Assembly (NCBI GenBank): GCA_946529215.1
Contig: CAMMZC010000003.1
Location: forward strand, 3,976 to 67,975
Direction of reading: 5' to 3'
From: an uncultured Clostridia bacterium
GTDB taxonomy: Bacteria > Bacillota > Clostridia > TANB77 > CAG-508
Length of the DNA stretch: 64,000 nt
Shown here: in pieces, positions 37,601-46,947 of the stretch
How the letters are laid out: each line of letters starts with the position of its first letter
How positions within the stretch are numbered: the stretch's first letter is position 1
Notes under the pieces: model-generated
Database searches by the model: none
Seen by the model: only the letters and a program-made list of their open reading frames with translations
What the model was told of the DNA's origin: nothing
Position numbers and translations under genes: made by a program

Positions 37601-37804
37601 TTTTAAAAAATTTCGACGCACCCCCTTTTTTGGCACAAGCATAAGGATTAGCGGTAATCAATTTTTAGCGTTATTTTTGTTTAAAATCTCGCATTTTTTT
37701 ATAAAAGTCGTTATTTTTTAATCTCATTAATTTTAGCGATATTATTATATTAGGTATGATGCGTCTTGTTTGATTACAATTTTTGCGTCCAAATTTTTTA
37801 AAAA
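37601..37804. repeat. Repeat family A copy 1: about 205-bp element bounded by about 20-bp inverted repeats (MITE-like or structured RNA)
   Basis: Arms ttttaaaaaatttcgacgca (37601..37620) and tgcgtccaaattttttaaaaa (37784..37804) are reverse complements with 1 mismatch. The 5' about 60 bp (cgacgcaccccctttttttggc...aggattagcggtaatc) is shared with copy 2 at 51464..51669. Confidence 0.6.
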
Positions 37805-37915
37805 TTTTATATATTATCTATATGTTTTTAAAAATTTAAGCTTATTTAACATAATAGTTTTTCTTATTTAATGATTGAATTTTAAAGATATTTTTATTAA
37901 TGAAAGTTCAGCCTG

Positions 37916-39160
37916 TTAAAAATAATAACTTGCCTTGTTTAAAGTATATGTTTCAAATGCCTCTCTTACTAATTTGAGTTTTCCACCTTTAAGTAAAGCA
38001 ACTTCTGGCAATTCTCTACTTAAAAATAGTGAAATTCCTTCTGTCATACAATAAGCTCCTGTGTTTTTAAATATAAACACATCTCCTACTTGTAAATTAC
38101 TTACAGGATATTGTTTTATAATTATATCATTTATTGTACAAAGTGAACCCATAAGATTCCAAGCTTCTGTATTGTTGTTATCTTGCTCTGTTTTTTTGTT
38201 TTCACGCTCTTCTTTATTATCGTCTTGCTCAATATTAGTGTTATCTCGCAATTGATATATTTCAAGATGTGGAAACTTCATTGCCATTGTTTGTCCATAA
38301 TAAACTAAGTGATGAATTCCTCCATCTAGTATAGCATAATTTTGACACTTATTTGTCTTTTTGTCAACTACTTTTGTTAAATAATATCCACAAGAAGCCG
38401 CAATGCTTCTGCCAAGCTCAATTACAATTTTTCCTTTATATTTCATATTGTCAATTCCGTTAGAGAATTCTTTTAAAAATTCTACTTCATCAAATTCTTC
38501 TCCTTGGAAATAATGCACAGGAAAACCTGTTCCAAATTCAAGCTCTTCTACTATGTAGTTATATTTTTCTTCTAGTCTTGCTAAAAACTCATCTAAATAA
38601 TCTATTTCTTTTTGAAGCCTTTTGTTTGTTCTTTTTTGAGTTCCTGAAAAATATTGAATTCCTTCAAAATTCAAGTTTGTATAAGAATCTTTTTTAGATA
38701 TTATTTCTTCTATATCTTCTTCATTTATTCCAAATTGATTTCCACTTGTAAGTCTAAGTAAAACATTTAGTTTTACATTATGTTTTTTTGAAAGTTCATC
38801 TAAAAGCTTTAACTGTTCTTGCGACTCAACTGTGTATCTTCCAATTTTTTTGTTTGATGTGATCATATATTCTATTACACTTGGAGTTTTATACACTCCA
38901 GAAATAACTATTTTTTCAGGTGTAATACTTGATTCTTCACATATGCTGTATTCCCCTGGAGAACATACTTCAAATCTGTCTACATCATCATTTATTTCTT
39001 TTACAATAAATGTATTTGCTTTTATTGCATAACATAGTTCAAGCCTATTTGTTAAATTTTCTCTTAAAAATCTAATTCTTTGTTTTAGCTTGTCAATGTC
39101 AAATACATAAATTGGTGTTTCATATTTTTTTAAGATTTTTTCTATAATTTCTTGTTTCAT
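37916..39160 (-). CDS. PLP-dependent decarboxylase, Orn/DAP/Arg decarboxylase family 2 (fold type III)
   Basis: 414 aa. YAIKAN PLP-lysine motif near the N-terminus. DAP-decarboxylase-like length and layout. Confidence 0.72.
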   Translation of the reverse strand: MKQEIIEKILKKYETPIYVFDIDKLKQRIRFLRENLTNRLELCYAIKANTFIVKEINDDVDRFEVCSPGEYSICEESSITPEKIVISGVYKTPSVIEYMITSNKKIGRYTVESQEQLKLLDELSKKHNVKLNVLLRLTSGNQFGINEEDIEEIISKKDSYTNLNFEGIQYFSGTQKRTNKRLQKEIDYLDEFLARLEEKYNYIVEELEFGTGFPVHYFQGEEFDEVEFLKEFSNGIDNMKYKGKIVIELGRSIAASCGYYLTKVVDKKTNKCQNYAILDGGIHHLVYYGQTMAMKFPHLEIYQLRDNTNIEQDDNKEERENKKTEQDNNNTEAWNLMGSLCTINDIIIKQYPVSNLQVGDVFIFKNTGAYCMTEGISLFLSRELPEVALLKGGKLKLVREAFETYTLNKASYYF

Positions 39161-39221
39161 TTTTTCTCCTTCATTATTATATTTGATTAAAAAATCTACG
39201 CACTGAAAAAAGTAATTTTTA

Positions 39222-40727
39222 TTATTTTTTTAAGATTAGTGCCAACTCTTTCCTATCAATCTTCCCATTTTTAGTAATTGGAAATTTCTCTATTTGAGTA
39301 ATTTTATTAGGGACCATAAATACCGGTAAATTTTCTTTCAAATATTTAACAACTTCATCTTTTTCTATATTTCCAACATAAAAGCCATAAAGTTTTCCTT
39401 TTTGCTCATTAAATAAGCAGCAACTTCTTTCAACTCCAGTTACTTTTTCCATTGCTCTTTCTATTTCTTCAAGCTCAATTCTATGTCCCATGTGTTTTAT
39501 TTGAAAATCTTTCCTTCCCATAAAAACAATTTCGCCATCTTTGTTATATGTACCTAAATCTCCTGTTTTATATATCATATCTATATATTTGTCATTTAAA
39601 GGATTTTGCACAAAATGTGATGAAGTTTGTTCTTTGTTGTTAAAATACCCTAATGCTAAACAAGTTCCTTTTACACAAATTTCACCCTGTGTGTCTGCAT
39701 CTGTAATTAGTTTATCATCTTCATCTAATAAAAGCACTTGCTCATTTGGAAATGGCTTTCCTGCTGGGATTTTTTCGTAATTTAAATTTTTGTCTACTAT
39801 ATGATATGTGCAATTACATGTAATTTCTGTTGGTCCATATAAATTAACATACATTGCATTTGGCAAATGTTCTATCCATTGTTTTAAATGCTTAATTGGC
39901 ATTACTTCTCCACTAAACATAACTTTATTTACTGTTTCTGGTGTTTTGTAATCTAATGCATGGAAAGTTGTAATTAAGCAAAGTGCAGATACTGCCCAAA
40001 TAAGAGTTGTAACTTTGTTGTTGCAAATATAGTCAAGTAATTCTGCAGGTAGAGAAAATAGCCTTTTAGGAATTATGACTAGAGTTGCACCTTGCGAAAT
40101 ACTTGAATATATATCTTTTACAGATACATCAAAATCAAATGGTGCTTGATTTCCTATAATATCGTTTTCTGTTATATTAAAAATCTCAGTAAAATTATCT
40201 ATAAAGTCAATTACAGACCTATTTCCAACCAATACTCCTTTTGGCACACCTGTTGAACCTGAGGTAAAATTCGCATATAGTGGGTCTAAGTCAAGTGCAG
40301 CGTTTCTTATTTCTTTTAGCTTAGTTTCTCCTATTTCTGTGTTTTTTAAATCTTCTAATAATAAAATGTCTTCTTTATTTATTAACTCTGCTGCTATTTC
40401 TTCATGTGCTTTATCTGTAACAATATTTTTCGCACCTAAAACATTTATTATATGTTCTAGTCTTACTTTGGGTAAATCTGGATTTAGCAAAACATAAAAA
40501 CAACCTGCATATACTGCTCCAAAAAACGTTGCTAATGTATCTTTTCCTTTTTCCATTAAAACTGGCACAGGATTTCTTGGCTCATAATATTTGCTTAATC
40601 CTGTTCCTATTTTTTTGCTTAAATTTGTTAATTCTTTGTATGTATATTTTCCTTTTTCATCTATTACTGCTATTTTCTCACTATTTTTTTGAGTACTATT
40701 TTCTAAGTATTCTAATACTGTTTTCAT
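39222..40727 (-). CDS. AMP-binding adenylation enzyme, D-alanine--D-alanyl carrier protein ligase (DltA)-like
   Basis: 501 aa. FTSGSTGVPKGV adenylation core. Length and context with the DltC/DltB-like genes. Confidence 0.8.
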   Translation of the reverse strand: MKTVLEYLENSTQKNSEKIAVIDEKGKYTYKELTNLSKKIGTGLSKYYEPRNPVPVLMEKGKDTLATFFGAVYAGCFYVLLNPDLPKVRLEHIINVLGAKNIVTDKAHEEIAAELINKEDILLLEDLKNTEIGETKLKEIRNAALDLDPLYANFTSGSTGVPKGVLVGNRSVIDFIDNFTEIFNITENDIIGNQAPFDFDVSVKDIYSSISQGATLVIIPKRLFSLPAELLDYICNNKVTTLIWAVSALCLITTFHALDYKTPETVNKVMFSGEVMPIKHLKQWIEHLPNAMYVNLYGPTEITCNCTYHIVDKNLNYEKIPAGKPFPNEQVLLLDEDDKLITDADTQGEICVKGTCLALGYFNNKEQTSSHFVQNPLNDKYIDMIYKTGDLGTYNKDGEIVFMGRKDFQIKHMGHRIELEEIERAMEKVTGVERSCCLFNEQKGKLYGFYVGNIEKDEVVKYLKENLPVFMVPNKITQIEKFPITKNGKIDRKELALILKK

Positions 40728-40851
40728 TTATTTTATATCCCCTTTTATCTATCTGCTAAATTTTTTTTAACTTGTTTTTATTTATGATAATACATTATTT
40801 AGATTAAATAGTTTTGTATTTGGTTCATTTATTTTAAAATAATCTTTTAAT

Positions 40852-41559
40852 CTATCTGATTAAATCTTTTATAACTTCTCCAGCTAAAATAAGTCCTGCA
40901 ACTGAAGGAACAAAAGAAATGCTTCCTGGAATTTGTTTATTTGTTTCTTCATCAAAAATATTTGTTTTTATAGGTTCTTCTTTTGAATAGACTACTTTTA
41001 AACTTTCTACTCCTCTTTGCTTTAATTCTTTTCTCATAACTTTAGCTAAAGGACATATACTTGTTTTGTAAATATCTTCTACTTCAAATTTTGTAGGATC
41101 TAATTTATTCCCTGTTCCCATACATGAAATAACAGGAATATTATGACTTTTTGCTCTTACTATAATCTCTATTTTAGCTGTTACTGTATCTACACAATCT
41201 ATAATATAATCTATTTTTTCGTTAAAAAAGTCTATGCTCTCTGGCATAAAAAAATCTTTATGAATTTCAATTTTTGCATTTGGATTTATATCTAAAATTC
41301 TTTGTTTAGCTACTTCTACTTTTGACATTCCTATCGTTTGGTGAGTTGCAATTATTTGTCTATTTATATTGGTTTCATCAACCACATCTTTATCTATTAA
41401 AATAAAACTTCCAACTCCTGCTCTTACTAATCCTTCCACAACATAAGAACCGACTCCACCTATCCCAAATACTGCAACTTTTGAGTTTTGGAGTTTTTTT
41501 ATAGATTCTTTTCCAATTAAAACTTCAGTTCTTGAAAATTGACTTGTCAATATTCTCAC
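40852..41559 (-). CDS. tcdA: tRNA threonylcarbamoyladenosine dehydratase (ThiF/MoeB-type E1-like, TcdA/CsdL)
   Basis: 235 aa. GIGGVGSYVVEGLVRAGVGSFILIDKDVVDETNINRQ Rossmann/E1-like motif. Confidence 0.75.
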   Translation of the reverse strand: MRILTSQFSRTEVLIGKESIKKLQNSKVAVFGIGGVGSYVVEGLVRAGVGSFILIDKDVVDETNINRQIIATHQTIGMSKVEVAKQRILDINPNAKIEIHKDFFMPESIDFFNEKIDYIIDCVDTVTAKIEIIVRAKSHNIPVISCMGTGNKLDPTKFEVEDIYKTSICPLAKVMRKELKQRGVESLKVVYSKEEPIKTNIFDEETNKQIPGSISFVPSVAGLILAGEVIKDLIR

Positions 41560-41653
41560 TTCTTTCTTTTATGTTATTATTCTACTACATTTACGTTATA
41601 AATGCAAGTGATTTTAATTATTCTTTTACTAGTCATAAACACTTTAATGTAAA

Positions 41654-41693
41654 CAAAAAAATCCTCTAAGCAAATCAAAATTAATGCTTAGAG
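41654..41693 (-). terminator. Rho-independent terminator after rpsR
   Basis: Stem ctctaagc / gcttagag (8 bp), followed on the minus strand by GATTTTTTT. Confidence 0.65.
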
Positions 41694-41701
41694 AATAAAC
41701 A

Positions 41702-41986
41702 TTATTCAGCTGTATATGGTAATACAGCGATTTGTCTAGCTCTTTTTATAGCTAGAGTAATATCTCTTTGATGTTTTGCACATGCCCCTGTTGTTCTTCT
41801 AGGTAATATTTTACCTTTATCATTAACGAACTTTTTCATACAATCGAAGTTTTTATAATCTAAAACAAAGTTTGCATCTCCACAAAGTGGGCACACTTTT
41901 TTTCTTTGTTTTCTTAATCTTGGATTGTAATCTTCATCATAATTTTTATTGTTTCTGTTATTTCTCTTATTTTTCTTATCTGCCAT
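41702..41986 (-). CDS. rpsR: 30S ribosomal protein S18
   Basis: 94 aa. [49 protein letters not shown] matches S18. Confidence 0.92.
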   Translation of the reverse strand: MADKKNKRNNRNNKNYDEDYNPRLRKQRKKVCPLCGDANFVLDYKNFDCMKKFVNDKGKILPRRTTGACAKHQRDITLAIKRARQIAVLPYTAE

Positions 41987-42011
41987 TTATTTCACCCCTT
42001 ATACTAATTTT

Positions 42012-42455
42012 TTAGAATGGTAAATCATCAGTGCTAGATACTTCAAAATCCGAACCTGCTCCTGAATCTCCTTCCATTCCACCTGGCATTGTTGAACCAA
42101 AAGCATTATCAAAAGCTGCACTAACGCCTTCTCCATCTCTCTTGCTGTCTGCAAAGTATGTTTCCTCAGCTACAACTTCTGTTATATAATGTCTTCCTTT
42201 ATCATCATCCCAAGTTCTTGTTTGAAGTCTTCCAATAACTCCTACTTGTTGACCTTTTTTAAAGTATTTACTGCAAAACTCTCCATTTTTTCCCCATGCT
42301 ACAATATTGAAAAAATCTGCTTGTCTTTCCTCTCCCTGTCTTACAAATCTTCTATTTACTGCTAGTGCAAATGAAGCTACTAATGTATTTGAAGTTTGAG
42401 TATATCTAACTTCTGGATCCTTTGTTAATCTTCCCATTAAAATTACTTTGTTCAT
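42012..42455 (-). CDS. ssb: Single-stranded DNA-binding protein
   Basis: 147 aa OB-fold with an acidic C-terminal tail ending DDLPF. Confidence 0.92.
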   Translation of the reverse strand: MNKVILMGRLTKDPEVRYTQTSNTLVASFALAVNRRFVRQGEERQADFFNIVAWGKNGEFCSKYFKKGQQVGVIGRLQTRTWDDDKGRHYITEVVAEETYFADSKRDGEGVSAAFDNAFGSTMPGGMEGDSGAGSDFEVSSTDDLPF

Positions 42456-42539
42456 TTTTTATCACATACCTTTCTACTTTAAAAAAGCCCCTATTCTTTT
42501 TCTTTATTCTTTAATATTTTTAATTATCTTGTGCATTTT

Positions 42540-42824
42540 TTATTTGTCTTTTCTTACAACGATGAATTTTAAAACTTCATCTGTGATTCTGTAATTTCTT
42601 TCTAATTCGGCAATTGAATCAGGTTTAGCTTCGAAATTAATTAGCATATATGTAGCTTCTTTATTCTTTTTGATCTCATATGCTAATTTTTTCTTACCCA
42701 TATTCTCTACAGATTCTACTTTTCCGTTTTCATTAATTAACCCTGTAAATTTACTTTCTAAAGCTTTTATAGCTTCTTCAGTACAATTTGGATTAATAAT
42801 GATTACACTCTCGTATTTATTCAT
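42540..42824 (-). CDS. rpsF: 30S ribosomal protein S6
   Basis: 94 aa. MNKYESVIIINP... is S6-like. Gene order rpsF-ssb-rpsR is conserved. Confidence 0.92.
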   Translation of the reverse strand: MNKYESVIIINPNCTEEAIKALESKFTGLINENGKVESVENMGKKKLAYEIKKNKEATYMLINFEAKPDSIAELERNYRITDEVLKFIVVRKDK

Positions 42825-42965
42825 TATTTACACCTCCTTTTGGATTTATAACCCACAATCATAATTGTGAGTAAGGATGTTAATCATCGTTAACATTTAA
42901 CAAATACTATTCTATCACAAAAATTCTCTCTTTGCAAGTTTTTTTTAATTATTGTTTGAAATTTT

Positions 42966-43382
42966 TTAGTTTGCTATAGCTAATTTAAGTTCTTTTATTT
43001 CATTTTCATTTGAAATAATTCTAGCTTCTAACTTAGCATCGCGTTCATAGGTTATAGAGGATACTACATTTATTGCATTAACTACATCTTCTACTATTTC
43101 TTCTTTTTGTTTCTTTAAATCTTCTTTAAATTCTGCTCTTAATTCTTTTAAATCTTCTTTAAATTCTGCTCTTAATTCTTTTAAATCTTCTTTAGTTGCA
43201 AATTTCTTTAAGTCTTCTTTAGTTGCAAATTTCTTTAAGTCTTCTTTAGTTGCAAATTTCTTTGCTTCTTCTTTTGTAACCATATTTTTCAACTCACTTC
43301 TTATTTCGTCTAAAGCTGTTTGAAAATTATTAAATCCTTTTAATAATGTAATAAGTATATCATCTCTTTCTTTATTAGTCAT
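42966..43382 (-). CDS. Coiled-coil tandem-repeat protein (hypothetical)
   Basis: 138 aa with peptide repeats (KKFATKEDL)x3 and (KELRAEFKEDL)x2, encoded by perfect DNA tandem repeats. Confidence 0.5.
   Translation of the reverse strand: MTNKERDDILITLLKGFNNFQTALDEIRSELKNMVTKEEAKKFATKEDLKKFATKEDLKKFATKEDLKELRAEFKEDLKELRAEFKEDLKKQKEEIVEDVVNAINVVSSITYERDAKLEARIISNENEIKELKLAIAN
43120..43275. repeat. Intragenic perfect tandem DNA repeats (2 x about 42 bp and 3 x 30 bp)
   Basis: aattcttttaaatcttctttaaattctgctctt repeated twice, then aagtcttctttagttgcaaatttcttt repeated three times. A potential length-variable locus. Confidence 0.85.
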
Positions 43383-43687
43383 TTATTTCCTCCTTTCCTT
43401 GCTTCTAAATAATTTCTAGAAAACATTTTAATTGTATTTTTAAATATCCTCATATATAGTTAAATCATTTTTTATAAATTTTAGCATCTTCACACCTCCT
43501 AGTCTAAAATAATTTAGTATATTTAGCAAATAGCCTATCCAACCATTAATTAGTATTATATTTTATTTTTTTTATTTTTCTCTTTTTTTCTTTGATTTTT
43601 ATAAGAATCAAATTATTTGAAATAATTATCAATAATAAAAAAATATGTCTTACTGAAAAAGAAATTATTTTATCTTGTATAAGCAAT

Positions 43688-43746
43688 AAAAACTATTGCA
43701 ATTAATATATTATCACAAAATATATAATAATGCAATAGTTTTTTAA
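43688..43746. terminator. Long bidirectional terminator hairpin
   Basis: aaaaactattgcaatta...taatgcaatagtttttt: stem of about 15 bp, A-run upstream and T-run downstream. Confidence 0.55.
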
Positions 43747-43775
43747 AAAAATTACCAAATTTTTACATTTAATTA

Positions 43776-43866
43776 TTACAATTCACATCCGAAAATATTT
43801 TTTTAGTAAATGTAAATATTTATATATTAACTTTAAACAGTACAACAATAAGCTGTGAATTATATC
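43776..43866. repeat. Repeat family B copy 2 (short form)
   Basis: ttacaattcacatccgaaaatattttttt...tatatattaactttaaacagtacaacaataagctgtgaatta matches both halves of copy 1 (33456..33644). It lies 7 bp downstream of the MBL hydrolase stop. Confidence 0.55.
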
Positions 43867-43872
43867 ATTTAG

Positions 43873-44520
43873 CTAATATCCTCTTGGTTTTAGTTCCAAA
43901 TAAATAGGTTTTTCTTCTCTAATCATAGTAGATTTTCCATGACCTGGATATACAATTGTTTCATCAGGTAATTTCATAAGTTTATTTGTAATAGAATCTA
44001 TTATATCTACAAAACTAGATGTTGGTAAATCTGTTCTTCCCCAAGCACCTCTAAATAAAGTATCTCCAGATATTAATAATTTTTCAGATTCACAATAAAG
44101 TGAAGATGAACCTATTGTATGTCCAGGTGTGTGGATTACTTTAAACTCTAAATTTCCAAGATGAATTAAATCTCCGTCATCAATTCGAGAATCTGCTTCT
44201 AATTCAATCTCAGGCATATCTATTATTTGGGTTAAATTTATACTCATATCATTAAGCCCCTCCGCATCAAACCTGTGAATTAAAACTTTTCCGCCTTTTC
44301 TATTTTTTAGTTCTGTAATCCCACTAATATGATCACCATGACAATGTGTAATATAAATATATTTAAGGTTTGAATTCAAAATTTCAAGCACTTCAACTAT
44401 CCTATCTACATCACCTGCAGGGTCTACTACCATAGTCTCTTTTGTTTCTTCATCACAAATCACATAACAATTCGTAGGATCTCCAATCCAAGTTTTAATT
44501 TTTAATCTTTTAAGTATCAT
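43873..44520 (-). CDS. MBL-fold metallo-hydrolase (hydroxyacylglutathione hydrolase-like)
   Basis: 215 aa. THCHGDHISG metallo-beta-lactamase motif. Confidence 0.8.
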   Translation of the reverse strand: MILKRLKIKTWIGDPTNCYVICDEETKETMVVDPAGDVDRIVEVLEILNSNLKYIYITHCHGDHISGITELKNRKGGKVLIHRFDAEGLNDMSINLTQIIDMPEIELEADSRIDDGDLIHLGNLEFKVIHTPGHTIGSSSLYCESEKLLISGDTLFRGAWGRTDLPTSSFVDIIDSITNKLMKLPDETIVYPGHGKSTMIREEKPIYLELKPRGY

Positions 44521-44631
44521 TTATAATTTATCCTCCAATATTTTATTTAAATTAAACAATAAATTTTAAAGCGAAAAAGTTTTAACGAAACGAATTACAA
44601 TTTCTATTAAGTATGAGGTGGAGGTGCTTTA

Positions 44632-46836
44632 CTAAACTTTTTTCCTCTTTACCTCATACACACTATCAATTTTTCTTAAAGCTTTTAGCACATTATTTAA
44701 GTCATCAACTCCTTGTGTTTCAAGGGTTGCCTCAATAATTGCAATTCTATCTTTATTTGCTTTTGCACTAACTGCGTCTAATTTTGCTTTAGCATTATTT
44801 AAAGCCATAATTACATCGGAAAGAAGATTATTCCTATCATTTGCATAAATTTCAATTTCTGCTTTATAAGAAATCGTTTCTTCTTCTACCCATGAAACAT
44901 CAATCATTCTGTTTTCTTCTTTTATAAGTTCTTTAACATTTATGCAATCTTTTCTATGTATAGAAACTCCTCTGCCCTTTGTAATATAACCTACAATTTC
45001 ATCACCAGGAAGTGGATTACAACATCTTGAAAGTTTAACTAAGCAATTATCTATTCCTTTTACAATTATACCATTACTTGATTGTTTAGATTTATTTGAT
45101 TGCTTTTCTGTTGAAAGTTGTTTTATTTCTTCCTCTAAATTATTTTCTTGATGATATTTTCTATATTCAATAAGCATTCTAGCAATGACCTTATTTGCAG
45201 TATTTGCTCCAAATCCAACTGCAGCATACATTTGTTCCAAATTTTCGTATTTATATCTATCAAGCATTGGTTTAATATATTCTGGCTTGAATAGTTCTAC
45301 ATAATCTATACTAATTCTTTTAACTTCTTTTTCAATTAAGTCTTTTCCTTTTTCTATGTTCTCTTCTTTATTTTCTTTTCTAAACCAAGCATTAATTTTG
45401 TTTCTTGCAGATGAACTTTTTACAAATTTAAGCCAATCCATACTTGGTCCTTTAGAATTATCTGAAGTAATTATTTCTACAATATCTCCACTTTTTAACG
45501 GTGTTAAAATAGGCATCATCTTGCTGTTTATTTTGCAACCTACCATATGGTGTCCAATTTCAGCATGGATATTGTACGCAAAGTCTATAGCATTTGCTCC
45601 TTTAGGTAAAACCTTTATTTTTCCTTTTGGAGTAAACACATATACCTCATCTTCAAAAAGTTCTGTTTTTAATGTTTCTAAAAATTCTTGTGGATCTTGC
45701 ATATCTTTTTGCCATTCTATTGTTTCTCTAAGCCAAGCCAAATCATCTTGTTTAACTTTAACATTTTGTTTTCCAATTCCTAGAAAATTTGCTTCTTTAT
45801 ATGCCCAATGTGCAGCTATACCAAATTCTGCGACTTTGTGCATATCCCATGTACGAATTTGCACCTCAAATGGAGTTCCTTTTTCCCCTAAAAGAGTTGT
45901 ATGAATAGATTGATACATATTAGGTTTTGGAACAGCAATATAATCTTTAAACCTGCCTGGCATTGGATTATACATCTCATGTACAACCCCAAGTGAAGCA
46001 TAACAATCTTTTACTGAATTTACAATTATTCTTATAGCAAAAAGGTCATAAATTTGGTCAAGTGTTGAGTTATCTCTTTTCATTTTTTTGTAAATACTAT
46101 ATAAATGTTTTGCTCTTCCTGTAACTTCTGCATCTATCCTTTGTTTTTTTAGAGCAACTCTTATATCTTCCATTATTTTATCAAGAAATTGTAATCTTTC
46201 ATCTCTTTTTTTGTTTATGCCTTCTACAATTTCTCTATATTCTTCAGGATAAAGATATTTAAACGCCAAATCATCAAGCTCTGCTTTAATAGAATAAAGA
46301 CCCAACCTATTTGCAAGAGGGGAATATAAATCCATAGTTTCCTTTGAATTTACAATTTGTCTTTCTCTTTTTAAATATTTTAAAGTTCTCATATTATGAA
46401 GTCGATCTGCAAGTTTAATTAAAATTACTCTTATATCTTTACCCATTGCTAAAAACATTTTTCTGTAATTTTCAACTTGATTTTCTTCAATTGAGGCAAA
46501 TTGAATATTACTTAATTTTGTAACACCATCAACCATTTCAGCAACTTCTTCTCCAAATTCTTTTGCAATATCTTCATGTGTTGCATCTGTATCTTCAATT
46601 ACATCATGCAAAAGAGCTGCTGCTATAGTTTGCTCATCAAGTCCCATATCTGCCAAAGTATAAGCAACTTGTAAAGGATGAACTATATATGGTTCTCCTG
46701 AATTTCTTTTTTGTTCACCATGTTTTTGCAAAGCATAATTATATGCTTTTAATATAAACTTTGTATCAACTCTACGCGAATTCTGTTTCTTTTTTGAAAT
46801 TATATCTTGTATTGTTACTTCTTTTAATTCTGACAT
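44632..46836 (-). CDS. relA: Bifunctional (p)ppGpp synthetase/hydrolase Rel
   Basis: 734 aa. N-terminal HD hydrolase (HDVIEDT), synthetase domain, TGS and C-terminal ACT region. Confidence 0.92.
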   Translation of the reverse strand: MSELKEVTIQDIISKKKQNSRRVDTKFILKAYNYALQKHGEQKRNSGEPYIVHPLQVAYTLADMGLDEQTIAAALLHDVIEDTDATHEDIAKEFGEEVAEMVDGVTKLSNIQFASIEENQVENYRKMFLAMGKDIRVILIKLADRLHNMRTLKYLKRERQIVNSKETMDLYSPLANRLGLYSIKAELDDLAFKYLYPEEYREIVEGINKKRDERLQFLDKIMEDIRVALKKQRIDAEVTGRAKHLYSIYKKMKRDNSTLDQIYDLFAIRIIVNSVKDCYASLGVVHEMYNPMPGRFKDYIAVPKPNMYQSIHTTLLGEKGTPFEVQIRTWDMHKVAEFGIAAHWAYKEANFLGIGKQNVKVKQDDLAWLRETIEWQKDMQDPQEFLETLKTELFEDEVYVFTPKGKIKVLPKGANAIDFAYNIHAEIGHHMVGCKINSKMMPILTPLKSGDIVEIITSDNSKGPSMDWLKFVKSSSARNKINAWFRKENKEENIEKGKDLIEKEVKRISIDYVELFKPEYIKPMLDRYKYENLEQMYAAVGFGANTANKVIARMLIEYRKYHQENNLEEEIKQLSTEKQSNKSKQSSNGIIVKGIDNCLVKLSRCCNPLPGDEIVGYITKGRGVSIHRKDCINVKELIKEENRMIDVSWVEEETISYKAEIEIYANDRNNLLSDVIMALNNAKAKLDAVSAKANKDRIAIIEATLETQGVDDLNNVLKALRKIDSVYEVKRKKV

Positions 46837-46947
46837 TTTTTATTCCCTCCTAAAGTTTCTTTTTGGGACGGAGGTAAAAAGTAACCTCATTACCCTAATC
46901 TACCTTTTTATCCATTTATATATTCAATAAATTATTACAAATACAAA

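Noticed and set aside
45356-45904. 182-aa plus-strand ORF inside rel
   Set aside because: It is antisense to the highly conserved Rel coding sequence.
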